A stretch of DNA of 32,000 nucleotides from Nitrosomonas europaea. GTDB taxonomy: Bacteria; Pseudomonadota; Gammaproteobacteria; Burkholderiales; Nitrosomonadaceae. The position numbers were made by a program, and so were the translations under genes. Under the pieces are notes generated by a model that saw only the letters and a program-made list of their open reading frames with translations, was not told where the DNA came from and made no database searches. Every line of letters starts with the position of its first letter. Positions within the stretch are counted from its first letter, which is position 1. Shown here piece after piece: positions 8,751-19,672 of this stretch. The stretch is from the NCBI RefSeq assembly GCF_900167395.1, contig NZ_FUWK01000019.1:14797-46796 (forward strand), in the 5' to 3' direction.

Positions 8751-11382
8751 ACCTGACAATCTCAGGTGAATATTGCCTGGTTCTTGCATCGGCTGGCGCT
8801 GGTTGTGGGTTGAAGTTGCCACGATATCCTGCAGCCACCCTGTAATAAAGTGTCCGCAATAAAACGCCATCGTGTCGATAGATGGAGCGAGAATGTATCT
8901 TTCCCAGATTGATTAACCCGTTCTCAAAATTTCCCGTTGCATTACTGGATTCCAATGCCTGCTGTTTCATCCCGATCAGTAGTATCGGTTGATCAGAAGG
9001 AGGTTCGACACGATTCCAGAAGCTGTACATGGCGGCGTGTTGACCAAACAGGTTGCGTGACCGGATATCCAGGGCAGGCGTGTCCTTATAAAATGCAAGT
9101 GCACTGGCGGTCGACCACTTACTCATTCCGATCACGATTGGCATTTCTCCCGTTGTTTGCCTGATTTCATCAGCAATTTTCTCGACTTCTGCTGTAGCTT
9201 CTTTCCAGAAATAATGCTCGCTCAGGAACTGGTAAGGTAATCCTGGTATTCCCAGTGTGACGTAATGCAGGATGAAGGCATAAGTCAGTAATGACAGGAC
9301 GATCATCGGTTGCCAGGCAGCACGAAGTCGCGCAGAGAGGCCCATGGGCACATCATTCTGGCCGATCATCCAGGCCATGGTAGGTATCAGTGCCAGCCAG
9401 AGGGGGCTGGTCCAGTGAAAACGCAGAGGATCGAAAGTGCTGATTGCCAGAAAAACCAGTAAGGGAACCCCGGTGAATATGCCGATGAAGAGATATTTTC
9501 GGGGAGCCTGACAGTAACTCAGGGAAATGGATCGTAACGCAAATACAGCAGCAATCAGTCCAACCGGGGTAAGTACGGTTGCAATCTGGAGTATCAATAG
9601 ATGTGTGGCAAACGTATGTTGTGTATTCCCGACTCTGCCAGTCTGGAACAGGAAGGAAGCCCAGTCATTTTCCATGTTCCAGATAATTACCGGACTGAAC
9701 AGGATCAGTGCAATCAATATAGCGAGATAAGGGTGAGGACGGAGCAACCAACGGCGCGCAACAGGATCCAGGACAGCATAAATCAATGCGGCGATGCCAA
9801 GCAGACCAAGCGTATATTTGGATAAAATCCCCAGCCCGAAAGCAATGCCGACTCCAAGCCATGCCTGGCTCTGATTGGCAAGCAAGGCGCGTTCCATGTA
9901 ATAGAGTGTGGCAGCCCAGGCTGCAATCAGTGGAGCATCCGGTGTCATTGCCAGCCCTGTTGCAAAACCGAATGGTACGATGGCAAACAGCAGTACCGAA
10001 CGCATGGCAGTGGGTTTGTCGTAAAGGTTACGCGCAAGCGCGAATACATAAGCCATTGCAATCAATCCACACAGGAAAGCACCGATTCTGACTCCGAACT
10101 CATTATGGCCAGCCAGCGTGGTTCCCAGCCAGATCAACCAGGCAACCATCGGGGGGTGATCGAAAAAGCTCAGATCTATGTGTTGTGCATACTGCCAGTA
10201 ATAGGCTTCATCAGGTATCAGTTGCGCTACATCCATGTAGGCCAGGCGTAACAGGATGACAAAACAGACGATCCCCACAGAGGCAACGCGCCACCGTGTG
10301 TCAGTGGAAACGGGGGGCTCTGTCCGAGGGAATACATAAAAAGCAGAGCCGAGGTAGTTCACCATTGCTGTTGTCAGGATGGCAGGGAAAATTGCCCATT
10401 CAGCAGATATACCCCAGGTATAGACCAGCCAGGCCAGGATAGCGCCTCTCAGAAGCAGTGCAAATACACCAACTGTCAGGAAACGGATGAATTGCTGCCA
10501 ATGCAGATGACCCGCGTGATGCAGCCGGAACGACCATTTTGAATTTATGGTGTAGTTGAAGCTGGCGGCAGCAATGAAACTGGAAATATGTGCCGAAGCC
10601 AGGCTGGCTCCGTGCCCGGTCATCCACTGAAAAATCAGGACGTCGACGAAGACTCCCAGAAATCCGACAATGGCAAAGCGGCTGGCTGTGTGGAATGAGA
10701 CGGTTCCTCCCGCCAGGGTGATGAGTTGCAGTAAATAAACAAGATGGTGGGTGAGGGAAAGTTTGGAATTGCCATGCAGCCGATCGCGGAAACTGATGGG
10801 TATTTCCTTTACACGCAACCGGCCTTGTCCGGTCATCAGCAATTCCAGCAGGATCTTGTAGCCGCGAGCATTTTTTGTGATGTTTCCGATCAATTCCCGC
10901 CGGAAAGCAAAAAAACCGGAAGTTGCATCATTTACATCGCAAATGATGCGTGCGAGCCAGCCACCGGCTCGTGACAGCCAGAGCCGGTAAAAGGGCCAGC
11001 CAACAGTATTGCCGCCAGCGATATACCGACTGCCGATGGTGATGTCATGGGTACCATCCAGTATCGGCTGGATCAGTGCGGCCAGTTTGTCCGGCGGGTG
11101 GCTCAGATCAGCATCCATGACGGCAATGACTTCATACCTGGCGACCGCTGTTCCATCGAGAATGGAAGCGGTCAGATCAGGTTGTGCGCGCCTCTCGATC
11201 AGACGCACGTTATGCGTGTTTTGCCATTGTCTGACTTTGTCAGGCGTGCCGTCAGTAGAACCATCGTCCACGATAATGACTTCGAACTGGCTTCCCAGAG
11301 TATCAAGAGAAAAAATGCCTGATAACAGCGGATCGATATTTTCAGCTTCGTTCAGGGTGGGAATAATGAGTGAAAATGACAT
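8704..11382 (-). CDS. tripartite fusion glycosyltransferase: GT2 polyprenyl-phosphate sugar synthase + GtrA-like domain + GT-C (ArnT/PMT, GT39/83-like) transferase
   Basis: The N-terminus (LIIPTLNEAENI...VIIVDDGSTDGT...MDADLSHPP) is DPM1/ArnC/GtrB-like. The middle (FAIVGFLGVFVDVLIFQW...NYTINSKWSF...MVNYLGSAFYVF) is GtrA-like. The C-terminal ~530 aa are polytopic with a DEAYYW loop motif typical of ArnT/PMT GT-C enzymes. 892 aa, ATG at 11382. Confidence 0.8.
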   Translation of the reverse strand: MSFSLIIPTLNEAENIDPLLSGIFSLDTLGSQFEVIIVDDGSTDGTPDKVRQWQNTHNVRLIERRAQPDLTASILDGTAVARYEVIAVMDADLSHPPDKLAALIQPILDGTHDITIGSRYIAGGNTVGWPFYRLWLSRAGGWLARIICDVNDATSGFFAFRRELIGNITKNARGYKILLELLMTGQGRLRVKEIPISFRDRLHGNSKLSLTHHLVYLLQLITLAGGTVSFHTASRFAIVGFLGVFVDVLIFQWMTGHGASLASAHISSFIAAASFNYTINSKWSFRLHHAGHLHWQQFIRFLTVGVFALLLRGAILAWLVYTWGISAEWAIFPAILTTAMVNYLGSAFYVFPRTEPPVSTDTRWRVASVGIVCFVILLRLAYMDVAQLIPDEAYYWQYAQHIDLSFFDHPPMVAWLIWLGTTLAGHNEFGVRIGAFLCGLIAMAYVFALARNLYDKPTAMRSVLLFAIVPFGFATGLAMTPDAPLIAAWAATLYYMERALLANQSQAWLGVGIAFGLGILSKYTLGLLGIAALIYAVLDPVARRWLLRPHPYLAILIALILFSPVIIWNMENDWASFLFQTGRVGNTQHTFATHLLILQIATVLTPVGLIAAVFALRSISLSYCQAPRKYLFIGIFTGVPLLVFLAISTFDPLRFHWTSPLWLALIPTMAWMIGQNDVPMGLSARLRAAWQPMIVLSLLTYAFILHYVTLGIPGLPYQFLSEHYFWKEATAEVEKIADEIRQTTGEMPIVIGMSKWSTASALAFYKDTPALDIRSRNLFGQHAAMYSFWNRVEPPSDQPILLIGMKQQALESSNATGNFENGLINLGKIHSRSIYRHDGVLLRTLYYRVAAGYRGNFNPQPAPADARTRQYSPEIVRFNGYDQRTTLSAISY

Positions 11383-11472
11383 GTTAAGCTCAGGTTGCTC
11401 CCCGAAGCCCTGGTGATCAGGAATTGGGGCGTTTTCTCCAGGATGAACAGTGTATTGGCAGGAGGTTCGCTG

Positions 11473-12504
11473 TTAATGGACAGAATGCTTTATGGATGAT
11501 TTCTGATATTTCAGGACGGCACGATTATGCTCTTCAAGTGTGGATGAGAAGTGGGAAGTTCCGTCACCTCTGGCAACAAAATAAAGTTCATCAGTAATTG
11601 CAGGATTAAAGGCTGCCCGGATGGAAGCCAGGCCTGGCATGGCAATGGGAGTGGGCGGCAGGCCGAAGCGAGTATAAGTATTATATTCATGGTCGGTTTG
11701 AAGATCGATCTTGCGCAGGTTTCCATCAAATTTGTTACCCATCCCGTAGATTACAGTCGGGTCAGTCTGGAGTTTCATATTGTGACGCAGACGGTTGATG
11801 AATACACCGGCAATCTGGGTGCGCTCATTATCTGCTCCGGTTTCTTTTTCTATGATCGAAGCCAGAATCAGGCCATCATACTGATCTTTTAACGGGAGAA
11901 ATTCCTGTCGTGCAAGCCACACTGTTTCGAGGTGCTGCTGCATGGCCTGGTAGGCACGTTTCAGAATGGTCAGATCACTGCTGTTTCGGGTAAAGAAGTA
12001 AGTATCCGGGAAGAAAAGACCTTCAGCATGAGATTCTTTTGCTCCGATTGCGCGCAGTAATTCTGAGTCGTTGAGTTTGTCGGAGTCATGCCGGAGAGCA
12101 GGATGTTCGTCCAGAGCTTTTCTGAATTGAGAAAAGGTCCATCCTTCAAGAAAGGTGATCGCATATTGCCTGACCTTTCCCCGGGTGAGATATTTCAGCA
12201 GGTCTAACGGTGACAGCTTCTCGGTAAGCTGATAATCCCCAGCCTTGAGTGATGCGTTGTATCCGGTGATATGGGCAAGCAATATGAAAGACCATTCATT
12301 GGAAAGGATACCTGCTTCGGCCAATTGTCCGGCAATACGGTGTAACCCACTTCCGGGCTCAATTGAAAATTCACTGGGTACTGCAGGGAGATTCAACGGA
12401 GTTGTAGCCAGTCGATAGAACCATACTGAAAACAGCGTACTGCCAACCAGAATGACAATAAGAACGAAACTGGTGAGTTTCAGAAAACGTGTTGATTTAG
12501 GCAT
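11473..12504 (-). CDS. mltG: endolytic murein transglycosylase MltG (YceG family)
   Basis: N-terminal TM segment (LTSFVLIVILVGSTLFSVWF), LASIIEKE catalytic-Glu region and LPPTPIAMPG. It sits directly downstream of fabF, as in many proteobacteria. Confidence 0.9.
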   Translation of the reverse strand: MPKSTRFLKLTSFVLIVILVGSTLFSVWFYRLATTPLNLPAVPSEFSIEPGSGLHRIAGQLAEAGILSNEWSFILLAHITGYNASLKAGDYQLTEKLSPLDLLKYLTRGKVRQYAITFLEGWTFSQFRKALDEHPALRHDSDKLNDSELLRAIGAKESHAEGLFFPDTYFFTRNSSDLTILKRAYQAMQQHLETVWLARQEFLPLKDQYDGLILASIIEKETGADNERTQIAGVFINRLRHNMKLQTDPTVIYGMGNKFDGNLRKIDLQTDHEYNTYTRFGLPPTPIAMPGLASIRAAFNPAITDELYFVARGDGTSHFSSTLEEHNRAVLKYQKSSIKHSVH

Positions 12505-12631
12505 GTCAGCACACTCGGATGTTCGCTCAACTGGTTATGCCTTTACACCCCGGAGAAAGCATAACCAGTCATCCCAATCTGGAATTCGATTATTTCCAAA
12601 TAACATATTCCGAAAATTCCGGAAATGATAT

Positions 12632-13873
12632 TCAGATTTTTCTGAAGACTAGTGTGCCATTAGTTCCGCCAAACCCGAACGAGTTCGACAGAGCTGCATC
12701 AATTTTCATTTCTCTGGCATTGTTGGGCACATAATCCAGATCGCATGCAGGATCCGGGTCATCGAGATTGATAGTGGGAGGGGCAATCTGGTGATAAACA
12801 GCCAAAGCAGAAAAAATTGCCTCTACACCTCCTGCAGCACCCAATAAATGCCCGGTCATCGATTTGGTGGAGCTGACTGCCAGATCTTTTGCATGTTCAC
12901 CAAAGCAGCGCTTGACTGCAATCGTTTCTGCAATATCTCCCAATGGAGTCGATGTTCCGTGTGCATTGATGTAATGAAGCTCATCAGCGTGCATTTGCGC
13001 ATCAGACAATGCATTTGTCATGCAACGGGCTGCGCCTTCTCCATCTTCACAGGGTGCAGTCATGTGATGAGCATCTGCACTCATACCGAATCCGGCCAGT
13101 TCCGCATAAATCTTTGCACCACGTTTTCTGGCATGCTCCATCTCTTCCAGAACGAGAATACCTGCTCCTTCTCCCAGAACGAATCCATCTCTTTTGAGAT
13201 CCCATGGTCGACTTGCTGCCGCCGGGTCATCATTGTTCGATGACAAGGCACGTGCTGAAGCAAATCCACCGACAGCAAGTGGTGTAACACATGATTCCGT
13301 ACCCCCGCAGACCATGATATCAGCATCGCCATATTCGATCATTCTGGCAGAACTGCCTATACAGTGCGTGGCAGTTGTACAGGCAGTAACGATGGCAAGA
13401 TTGGGCCCTTTGTACCCGAACATGATAGACAGATTACCGGCTACCATGTTGATGATGGTACTAGGGATGAAGAAGGGGGAGATTTTCCGGGGGCCGCCAG
13501 CATGATAGGCAGCATCGGTATTTTCAATCATGGGCAGGCCGCCGATCCCGGAGCCGATGTTCACACCAATACGATCTGCGTTGAACCCGCTTACATCACT
13601 GATGCCGGCATCTCTGATAGCTTGGATGGCAGCCGCCATTCCGTACTGGATAAATATATCCATACGGCGCGCTTCTTTGGCGGAGAGGTACTCTGTTATG
13701 TCGAATCCGTTGACTTCTCCTGCAATTTTCGAGGAAAAGTCTGATGCATCGAAGCGCGTGATTCGTGTAATACCGGATTTTCCGGCAATGACGTTTTCCC
13801 ATGCTTCAGAAACCGTATTGCCGACGGGTGAAATTATGCCTAACCCGGTAATGGCTACTTTACGTTTGGACAA
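12632..13873 (-). CDS. fabF: 3-oxoacyl-ACP synthase II
   Basis: Starts [12 protein letters not shown]. Active-site Cys context [13 protein letters not shown], plus [11 protein letters not shown] and [12 protein letters not shown]. Apparent TTG start with GGAG 5 nt upstream. Confidence 0.95.
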   Translation of the reverse strand: MSKRKVAITGLGIISPVGNTVSEAWENVIAGKSGITRITRFDASDFSSKIAGEVNGFDITEYLSAKEARRMDIFIQYGMAAAIQAIRDAGISDVSGFNADRIGVNIGSGIGGLPMIENTDAAYHAGGPRKISPFFIPSTIINMVAGNLSIMFGYKGPNLAIVTACTTATHCIGSSARMIEYGDADIMVCGGTESCVTPLAVGGFASARALSSNNDDPAAASRPWDLKRDGFVLGEGAGILVLEEMEHARKRGAKIYAELAGFGMSADAHHMTAPCEDGEGAARCMTNALSDAQMHADELHYINAHGTSTPLGDIAETIAVKRCFGEHAKDLAVSSTKSMTGHLLGAAGGVEAIFSALAVYHQIAPPTINLDDPDPACDLDYVPNNAREMKIDAALSNSFGFGGTNGTLVFRKI

Positions 13874-13906
13874 AACGACTCCAATGAATCATTGAAAAAA
13901 CTGTTT

Positions 13907-14152
13907 TTACTGAGCTGCGTTGGCTGCTACGAAATCGATCGCTTCCTGAACCGTATTGATTTTTTCAGCTTGCTCATCAGGAATTTCGCATTCGAACTCT
14001 TCTTCGAGCGCCATGACCAGCTCAACAGTATCCAGTGAATCTGCACCCAGATCGCTGACAAAGGAAGATTCATTTTTGACATCTGATTCGTTGACGCCCA
14101 ATTGCTCGGCTACGATTTTTTTGATGCGCTGCTCTATTTCAGTAATTTCCAT
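13907..14152 (-). CDS. acpP: acyl carrier protein (housekeeping)
   Basis: [19 protein letters not shown] motif. The second ATG ([12 protein letters not shown]) was chosen as start. 81 aa. Confidence 0.95.
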   Translation of the reverse strand: MEITEIEQRIKKIVAEQLGVNESDVKNESSFVSDLGADSLDTVELVMALEEEFECEIPDEQAEKINTVQEAIDFVAANAAQ

Positions 14153-14319
14153 TGATACACCCATCCTTTTCAGGTAAAGAAACTCTCACAAGTTTAACAA
14201 ATTTCAAACTACCGGCAATACCTGCCCAGTTCTGCAAGTAAAGCACTTTGTGTTGCTGCAAAAAATATTGAACCTTTCCCGGTTTTGAGAGGGCCTGGAT
14301 AAAAATGTCCATAACCCGC

Positions 14320-15063
14320 TCACTCCATATACATTCCGCCATTGACGTGAAGTGTGGCTCCAGTGATATAGTCTGCTGCCGGAGAAGCCAGAAAAACGAC
14401 AGCCGCAGCGACATCTTCAGGGCGCCCGAATCTTCCGAGAGGGATATGCTGAATCAGTGATTGTTGTTGATCTGGCGAAAGAGAACGGGTCATATCGGTA
14501 TCGATAAAGCCTGGAGCTACACAGTTCACAGTGATGTTTCTGCTGCCAATTTCTTTTGCGAGTGACTTGCTGAAACCGATCATCCCAGCCTTGGCCGCTG
14601 CATAGTTGGTTTGTCCAGGATTTCCGGTTGCGCCCACTACTGATGAGATATTGATGATCCGACCGCTGCGTGCTTTCATCATGGTGCGCAGTACGGCACG
14701 ACTGAGACAGAACACGGATTTCAAATCGGTCTGGATAACGTTATCCCATTCATCGTCCTTCATGCGGGCCAGCAGGTTGTCTCGTGTGATACCGGCGTTG
14801 TTGATCAGTATTGCAACATCTCCCAGTGATTGTTGTATGGTCTCAATACCACTCTTGATATGCTCGATGTTGCTGACATCCATGATCAGCCCCATCCCCG
14901 AAATGCGAGCTTCGCTGAGATACTGACTGATATGGCCGGCTCCAGTTTCGGAAGTGGCGGTTCCGATGACGGTAGCGCCATGCTTTCCCAGCTCAAGTGC
15001 GATAGCTTTGCCGATTCCACGGCTTGCGCCCGTTACCAGTGCGATTTTATGTTCCAGTAGCAT
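14320..15063 (-). CDS. fabG: 3-oxoacyl-ACP reductase
   Basis: VTGASRGIGKAIA Rossmann motif, YAAAKAG catalytic YxxxK, 247 aa, positioned between fabD and acpP. Confidence 0.95.
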   Translation of the reverse strand: MLLEHKIALVTGASRGIGKAIALELGKHGATVIGTATSETGAGHISQYLSEARISGMGLIMDVSNIEHIKSGIETIQQSLGDVAILINNAGITRDNLLARMKDDEWDNVIQTDLKSVFCLSRAVLRTMMKARSGRIINISSVVGATGNPGQTNYAAAKAGMIGFSKSLAKEIGSRNITVNCVAPGFIDTDMTRSLSPDQQQSLIQHIPLGRFGRPEDVAAAVVFLASPAADYITGATLHVNGGMYME

Positions 15064-15118
15064 CCGAGAATTTGTGAGTAATTGGAATGACTATTTCTGA
15101 TGGTATATTGCCGACGTA

Positions 15119-16057
15119 TTATTTCAACGTTTCTACCGTTTTGAGAAGTGAGCCGGAATCGGTCAGCGCGATATTTTCCAGATTCTTATCGATGCGCCGG
15201 TTCAGTCCGGACAGCACCTTACCCGGACCGCATTCCACGACATATTTTACATTCTGTGCCGCGATGGCCTGAATGGTCTCTGTCCAGCGAACCGGACGAT
15301 AGAGCTGGCGCACAAGTATCTCACGAATGGAAGCGGTTTCAGAATGTTGCTGGACGTCAGCATTATGCAAAATAGGAATGCGGGGAGGTTGCAGCGCAAT
15401 TTCTTCCAGTAGAAGAGCAAACTTTTCTGCTGCCGATTGCATGAGCGAGCAGTGTGAAGGAATACTCATTGGCAGTATGACCGCCAGCTTTGCTCCTTTT
15501 GATTTTGCGAGCACTACTGCTCGGGCAACTGCCTGGGAATGGCCGGCAATCACCACCTGGCCGGGCGCATTGAAATTTGCCGGTTCAAGCGATGTATCTG
15601 GCATCGCATTTATTACTTCGGTGCATACTGAAGAGACGATATCATCATCTAGTCCGACAATAGCTGCCATGCCTCCGGTTCCTTCGGGAACGGTTTCCTG
15701 CATGACTTTTGCACGATAACGAACCAGTTTCAGGGCATCAGTAAAAGTGAGTACTTCAGCTGCAACCAGCGCAGCGTATTCACCAAGACTGTGGCCGGCC
15801 AGATAATGCGGCTCAATTCCCCCTGCCTGTTGCCACGCCCGGTAAATGGATACATCTGCAGCCAGCATGACAGGCTGGGTATTGGTAGTGAGATTCAGAC
15901 TGTCTTCAGGTCCGTTACTGACCAGCGACCATAGATCCTGTTGCAGGATATCCGATGCCTCATTGAAAGTTCCACGTACCGATGGCAGCTCGGAATAGCT
16001 ATTCATCATACCAACTGACTGAGATCCCTGTCCGGGAAAAACGAAAGCGGCTTTCAT
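15119..16057 (-). CDS. fabD: malonyl-CoA:ACP transacylase
   Basis: FVFPGQGSQ N-terminus and active-site GHSLGEYAAL. 312 aa. Confidence 0.95.
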   Translation of the reverse strand: MKAAFVFPGQGSQSVGMMNSYSELPSVRGTFNEASDILQQDLWSLVSNGPEDSLNLTTNTQPVMLAADVSIYRAWQQAGGIEPHYLAGHSLGEYAALVAAEVLTFTDALKLVRYRAKVMQETVPEGTGGMAAIVGLDDDIVSSVCTEVINAMPDTSLEPANFNAPGQVVIAGHSQAVARAVVLAKSKGAKLAVILPMSIPSHCSLMQSAAEKFALLLEEIALQPPRIPILHNADVQQHSETASIREILVRQLYRPVRWTETIQAIAAQNVKYVVECGPGKVLSGLNRRIDKNLENIALTDSGSLLKTVETLK

Positions 16058-16060
16058 ATT

Positions 16061-17017
16061 TTACCAGCGTACCAGAACTGATCCCCAGGTGAATCCTCCT
16101 CCTACACCTTCCAGCACGATATGCTGGTCCGGTTGGATACGACCGTCACGTACTGCCTGGTCGAGTGCCAGTGGAACGGAAGCAGCCGAGGTGTTGCCGT
16201 GTTGTGAAACCGTTGCTACCACTTTTTCTTCAGGGATACCCAGTTTCTTTGCTGTCGAGGTAATGATGCGAATATTGGCCTGATGTGGAATCAGCCAGTC
16301 GATATCGGAAGGTTGCAGCTGATTCGCTTGCAGTGCTTCCAGTGCGGCTTCTTCCAGGACTTTGACCGCGAATTTGAAGACTGTACCGCCTTCCATGGTA
16401 ATGAAAGGGGTCCCTTGTATTTTACCGGAATGGATCGACGCAGGTGCTGTGAGAACCTGGCTGTAACTCCCATCTGCATGCAGATGGGATGAAAGGATCC
16501 CCGGTTTCTGATCACGAGTGAGAATCACTGCTCCTGCACCGTCACCAAACAGGACACAGGTACTGCGGTCGTTCCAGTCCATGATACGAGAGTAGACTTC
16601 AGCACCAACAACCAGCGCATTACGCGCTTTCCCGGAGCTGACAAACATGTCTGCCGTGGCCAGTGCATAAATGAATCCGCTGCAGACAGCCTGCACATCA
16701 AAGGCCGGCCCGTTGGACATACCAAGCTTGTTCTGCAGAATACAGGCTGTGCTTGGAAAGATCATGTCCGGTGTCGTCGTTGCGACGATGATCAGATCGA
16801 TGTCCTTTGCCTGGATATCTGCAGCCTCAATGGCATTCCGGCTCGCTTCCAGCGCAAGATCACTTGCCATCTGGCCTTCTGCAGCAATATGCCGTCGTTC
16901 GATACCGGTACGCGTCCGTATCCATTCATCGCTGGTATCAACCATCGATTCGAGGTCCTGATTGGTCAGAACTTTCTCCGGCAGGTAACTGCCGGTGCCA
17001 ATGATCCGTGAATACAT
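16061..17017 (-). CDS. fabH: 3-oxoacyl-ACP synthase III
   Basis: [19 protein letters not shown] parallels the E. coli FabH N-terminus. Active-site AVCSGF, plus HQAN and GNTSAAS. The ORF could also start at GTG 17029, which overlaps the plsX stop. Confidence 0.93.
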   Translation of the reverse strand: MYSRIIGTGSYLPEKVLTNQDLESMVDTSDEWIRTRTGIERRHIAAEGQMASDLALEASRNAIEAADIQAKDIDLIIVATTTPDMIFPSTACILQNKLGMSNGPAFDVQAVCSGFIYALATADMFVSSGKARNALVVGAEVYSRIMDWNDRSTCVLFGDGAGAVILTRDQKPGILSSHLHADGSYSQVLTAPASIHSGKIQGTPFITMEGGTVFKFAVKVLEEAALEALQANQLQPSDIDWLIPHQANIRIITSTAKKLGIPEEKVVATVSQHGNTSAASVPLALDQAVRDGRIQPDQHIVLEGVGGGFTWGSVLVRW

Positions 17018-17025
17018 GGTCATGT

Positions 17026-18072
17026 TCACTCTATCGATACCGGTTGTGCGATGTTTTGTTCAATATTGTTTCGCAATGTCTCAATATGCTCGACGATGTT
17101 CCGTAACGTGCCACCACGTACTTCTTCTACCGCACGCCTGATGGCACAGCGGAAGGCGTAGCTGTCGGCTGATCCGTGACTTTTGATGACAACACCCCGT
17201 AACCCCAGCAGACTCGCTCCATTATACTGGCGGTGATCAACCCGCCGCCTGAAGGCATTGATCACCGGTAAGGCCACCAGTCCTGCCAGCCTGCTGAATA
17301 AGGAACGCCTGAACTCTTCACGCAGGTAACTTGCCAGCATTTGAGCCAGCCCTTCCGAAGTTTTGAGTGCGACATTGCCGACAAAGCCGTCGCATACTAC
17401 TACATTGGTCGTCCCGCGGTAAATGTCATCCCCCTCGATGTTGCCATAAAAGTTCAAACCGCTGGAACGAAACAACTCTGCTGCCCGCTTGACTACATCA
17501 TTACCTTTGATGTCTTCCTCACCAACGTTCAGCAGGCCGATACTTGGATTGGGTTTGTTCTCGACTGACGAAACCAGTGTTGCTCCCATTATGCCAAACT
17601 GAAGCAAATGTTCAGCTGTACAGTTTACGTTTGCTCCCAGATCCAGCACGTAGGTATGCCCTGAAATGGTTGGAAGGATAACTGCCAGTGCGGGTCGGTC
17701 TATTCCCGGGATGGTTTTGAGCACAAATCGGGAAGTGGCCAGTAATGCGCCTGTATTTCCTGCACTGATGCATGCCTGTGCTTCACCACTTTTAATCAGG
17801 TTGAGTGCTACACGCATCGAAGAATCTTTCTTGTTGCGCAAGGCAACAGCCGGGTGTTCATCCATGCCGACGACTTCGTTCGCCGGGTGTAATCTGAGCC
17901 GCGAGCCGGGCGATACCTTAAGCGCATCCAATTCTCTAGAAATGACCTCGGGTTTACCAACCAGAATAATGTTGGTTTCGCAGTCGTGATGCATGTATTC
18001 AACAGCTGATGGAACTGTGATATGCGGACCGTGATCGCCACCCATGCAATCAATTGCTACCGTTATATTCAC
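17026..18072 (-). CDS. plsX: phosphate acyltransferase PlsX
   Basis: N-terminal [12 protein letters not shown] motif, 348 aa, GTG start, canonical position between rpmF and fabH. Confidence 0.93.
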   Translation of the reverse strand: MNITVAIDCMGGDHGPHITVPSAVEYMHHDCETNIILVGKPEVISRELDALKVSPGSRLRLHPANEVVGMDEHPAVALRNKKDSSMRVALNLIKSGEAQACISAGNTGALLATSRFVLKTIPGIDRPALAVILPTISGHTYVLDLGANVNCTAEHLLQFGIMGATLVSSVENKPNPSIGLLNVGEEDIKGNDVVKRAAELFRSSGLNFYGNIEGDDIYRGTTNVVVCDGFVGNVALKTSEGLAQMLASYLREEFRRSLFSRLAGLVALPVINAFRRRVDHRQYNGASLLGLRGVVIKSHGSADSYAFRCAIRRAVEEVRGGTLRNIVEHIETLRNNIEQNIAQPVSIE

Positions 18073-18122
18073 TTGTCAAGAAGGATCTGACAGCAGGGCT
18101 AATGCAGTATGGGCAGGTACCA

Positions 18123-18305
18123 TCAATCGTCGTTTTTGGTTTTGATTACTTTTTTGCCGCGATAATACCCGTTCGGGCTGATGTGATGCCGTAAATGGAT
18201 TTCCCCGGTAGTGGGTTCGATCGCGAGCGGAGGATTGGTCAGCGCATCGTGAGAGCGATGCATCCCGCGCTTGGAGGGGGATTTTTTGTTTTGTTGTACA
18301 GCCAT
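18123..18305 (-). CDS. rpmF: 50S ribosomal protein L32
   Basis: [22 protein letters not shown]. 60 aa. Confidence 0.95.
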   Translation of the reverse strand: MAVQQNKKSPSKRGMHRSHDALTNPPLAIEPTTGEIHLRHHISPNGYYRGKKVIKTKNDD

Positions 18306-18345
18306 GTTTAACTCCAGAGTAAAAACGACTTATAAAAGTACCGGT

Positions 18346-18852
18346 TCAATGTGATTGCTTCAGTGACGCCAACACGGTAAAAGGATGTTCTTTTACGGCG
18401 GCTTCATGTATTCCGGTTCCAGTTGACGGGTGACACCCGGCGGTATCTTCATGACGAGGGGAAACCGGCAGGCTCAGAATCACTTCATCCTCTATCAAAG
18501 CCAGAATATCGAGTTCATTCGAAGCATAAATCGCATCCACAAACATATCTTCGTCATAACGTGACAACTCATCCTCGTTTCGGGCCAGAAGCAGTGCTGT
18601 CTTCACATCGAGTGTGTATTCGATCTTTTCCAGACAGCGTTGGCAACTCAAGTCGATGATTCCGTTGACTGACATTTTCAGCAGCGGCCTGTCACGTTCA
18701 TCCAGTAATCCGGTGACCAGATAAGCCAATTCTCCCGCTGAGTTTGTCAGATAATCTCTTAGACGCTCAAGATTGAGCAGGGGGACATTTCCCTGAAGTG
18801 ATTTGCCACTGCGGACAAAATCCAGTGCATCTATGACAAGTTGGTCGAACAT
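18346..18852 (-). CDS. yceD: YceD (DUF177) family 23S rRNA accumulation protein
   Basis: 168 aa acidic protein with a CQRCLE motif, immediately upstream of rpmF as in the conserved yceD-rpmF-plsX operon. Confidence 0.85.
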   Translation of the reverse strand: MFDQLVIDALDFVRSGKSLQGNVPLLNLERLRDYLTNSAGELAYLVTGLLDERDRPLLKMSVNGIIDLSCQRCLEKIEYTLDVKTALLLARNEDELSRYDEDMFVDAIYASNELDILALIEDEVILSLPVSPRHEDTAGCHPSTGTGIHEAAVKEHPFTVLASLKQSH

Positions 18853-18920
18853 AAGGCGCGCATGTTATATTTTTTATAATAAAGTGTCAAAATCACAAAT
18901 CGGCATATTACTATAATATT

Positions 18921-19517
18921 TTGAAAAATCGCACGAATTACCCTCCGCTTATACTGGGTTCCAGCTCGGTTTACCGGTGTGAACTGCTGCAGCGTCTGCA
19001 GATACCTTTTGAAACCGCAAGTCCGGCCGTCGACGAGTTTGCTTTGCCTGGGGAAGCGCCTGGGACAACTGCGTTGCGTTTGGCAAAAGAAAAGGCACAT
19101 GCGGTAGCAAAGCTGTTTCCTGATGCACTTATCATCACAGCAGATCAGGTTGCAGCCCTGGGGGAAATACAACTGGGCAAACCATTGAGTCATGAAAATG
19201 CTGTCCAACAACTCCGTTTGATGCGTGGCAGGGAAGTCATCTTTCATTCGGCACTATGCCTGTTCAACAGTCGTACAACCCGTCTGCAGGCGCGTGTCAT
19301 ACCGTGTTCGGTAAAGTATCGCGAGTTGAGCGACAGTCAGATCGAGCACTATCTTGCAAAGGAACAACCTTACCATTGTGCCGGCAGTGCAAAAGCGGAA
19401 GGTCTGGGGATCGCTCTGATTGAACGCATTACCGGGGAAGATCCTAACGCGCTGATCGGACTGCCGCTGATAGCATTGGTGGAGATGTTGATGGAGGAGG
19501 AGGTGGAACTGTTTTAG
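18921..19517 (+). CDS. Maf-like nucleoside triphosphate pyrophosphatase (YceF type by position)
   Basis: [10 protein letters not shown] near the N-terminus and [14 protein letters not shown]. It is divergent from yceD as in E. coli. Apparent TTG start; no upstream in-frame ATG. Confidence 0.85.
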
Positions 19518-19603
19518 CGTTGCCAATCCTCTGTCCAAATGCTGAACCATTTTCCCTATTTTTCCATCTGGCTGTGGAATGGCCGGAATCCGTATTTTCA
19601 TGT

Positions 19604-19625
19604 TACATTGCAGCAGCCCAATGTA
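19604..19625. promoter_or_regulatory. 7-bp inverted repeat TACATTG-N8-CAATGTA upstream of the His-rich ORF and the czc genes
   Basis: Read directly from the sequence. It lies about 50 nt upstream of ATG 19673. It is a possible operator or a short hairpin. Confidence 0.25.
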
Positions 19626-19672
19626 GATACCTGTCGCTGTTTTCCAGATGAATAAACTTTCCGTTGGTGATA

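Noticed and set aside
18912-18917. A perfect TATAAT in the yceD-maf divergent spacer, considered as the maf promoter -10 element.
   Set aside because: It ends 3 nt before the putative TTG start, which would imply a leaderless mRNA with a non-ATG start. No suitably spaced -35 element was found.
19254-19601. A 115-aa minus-strand ORF antisense to the 3' end of maf.
   Set aside because: It is a shadow ORF largely inside a well-supported Maf-family CDS and has no motifs.
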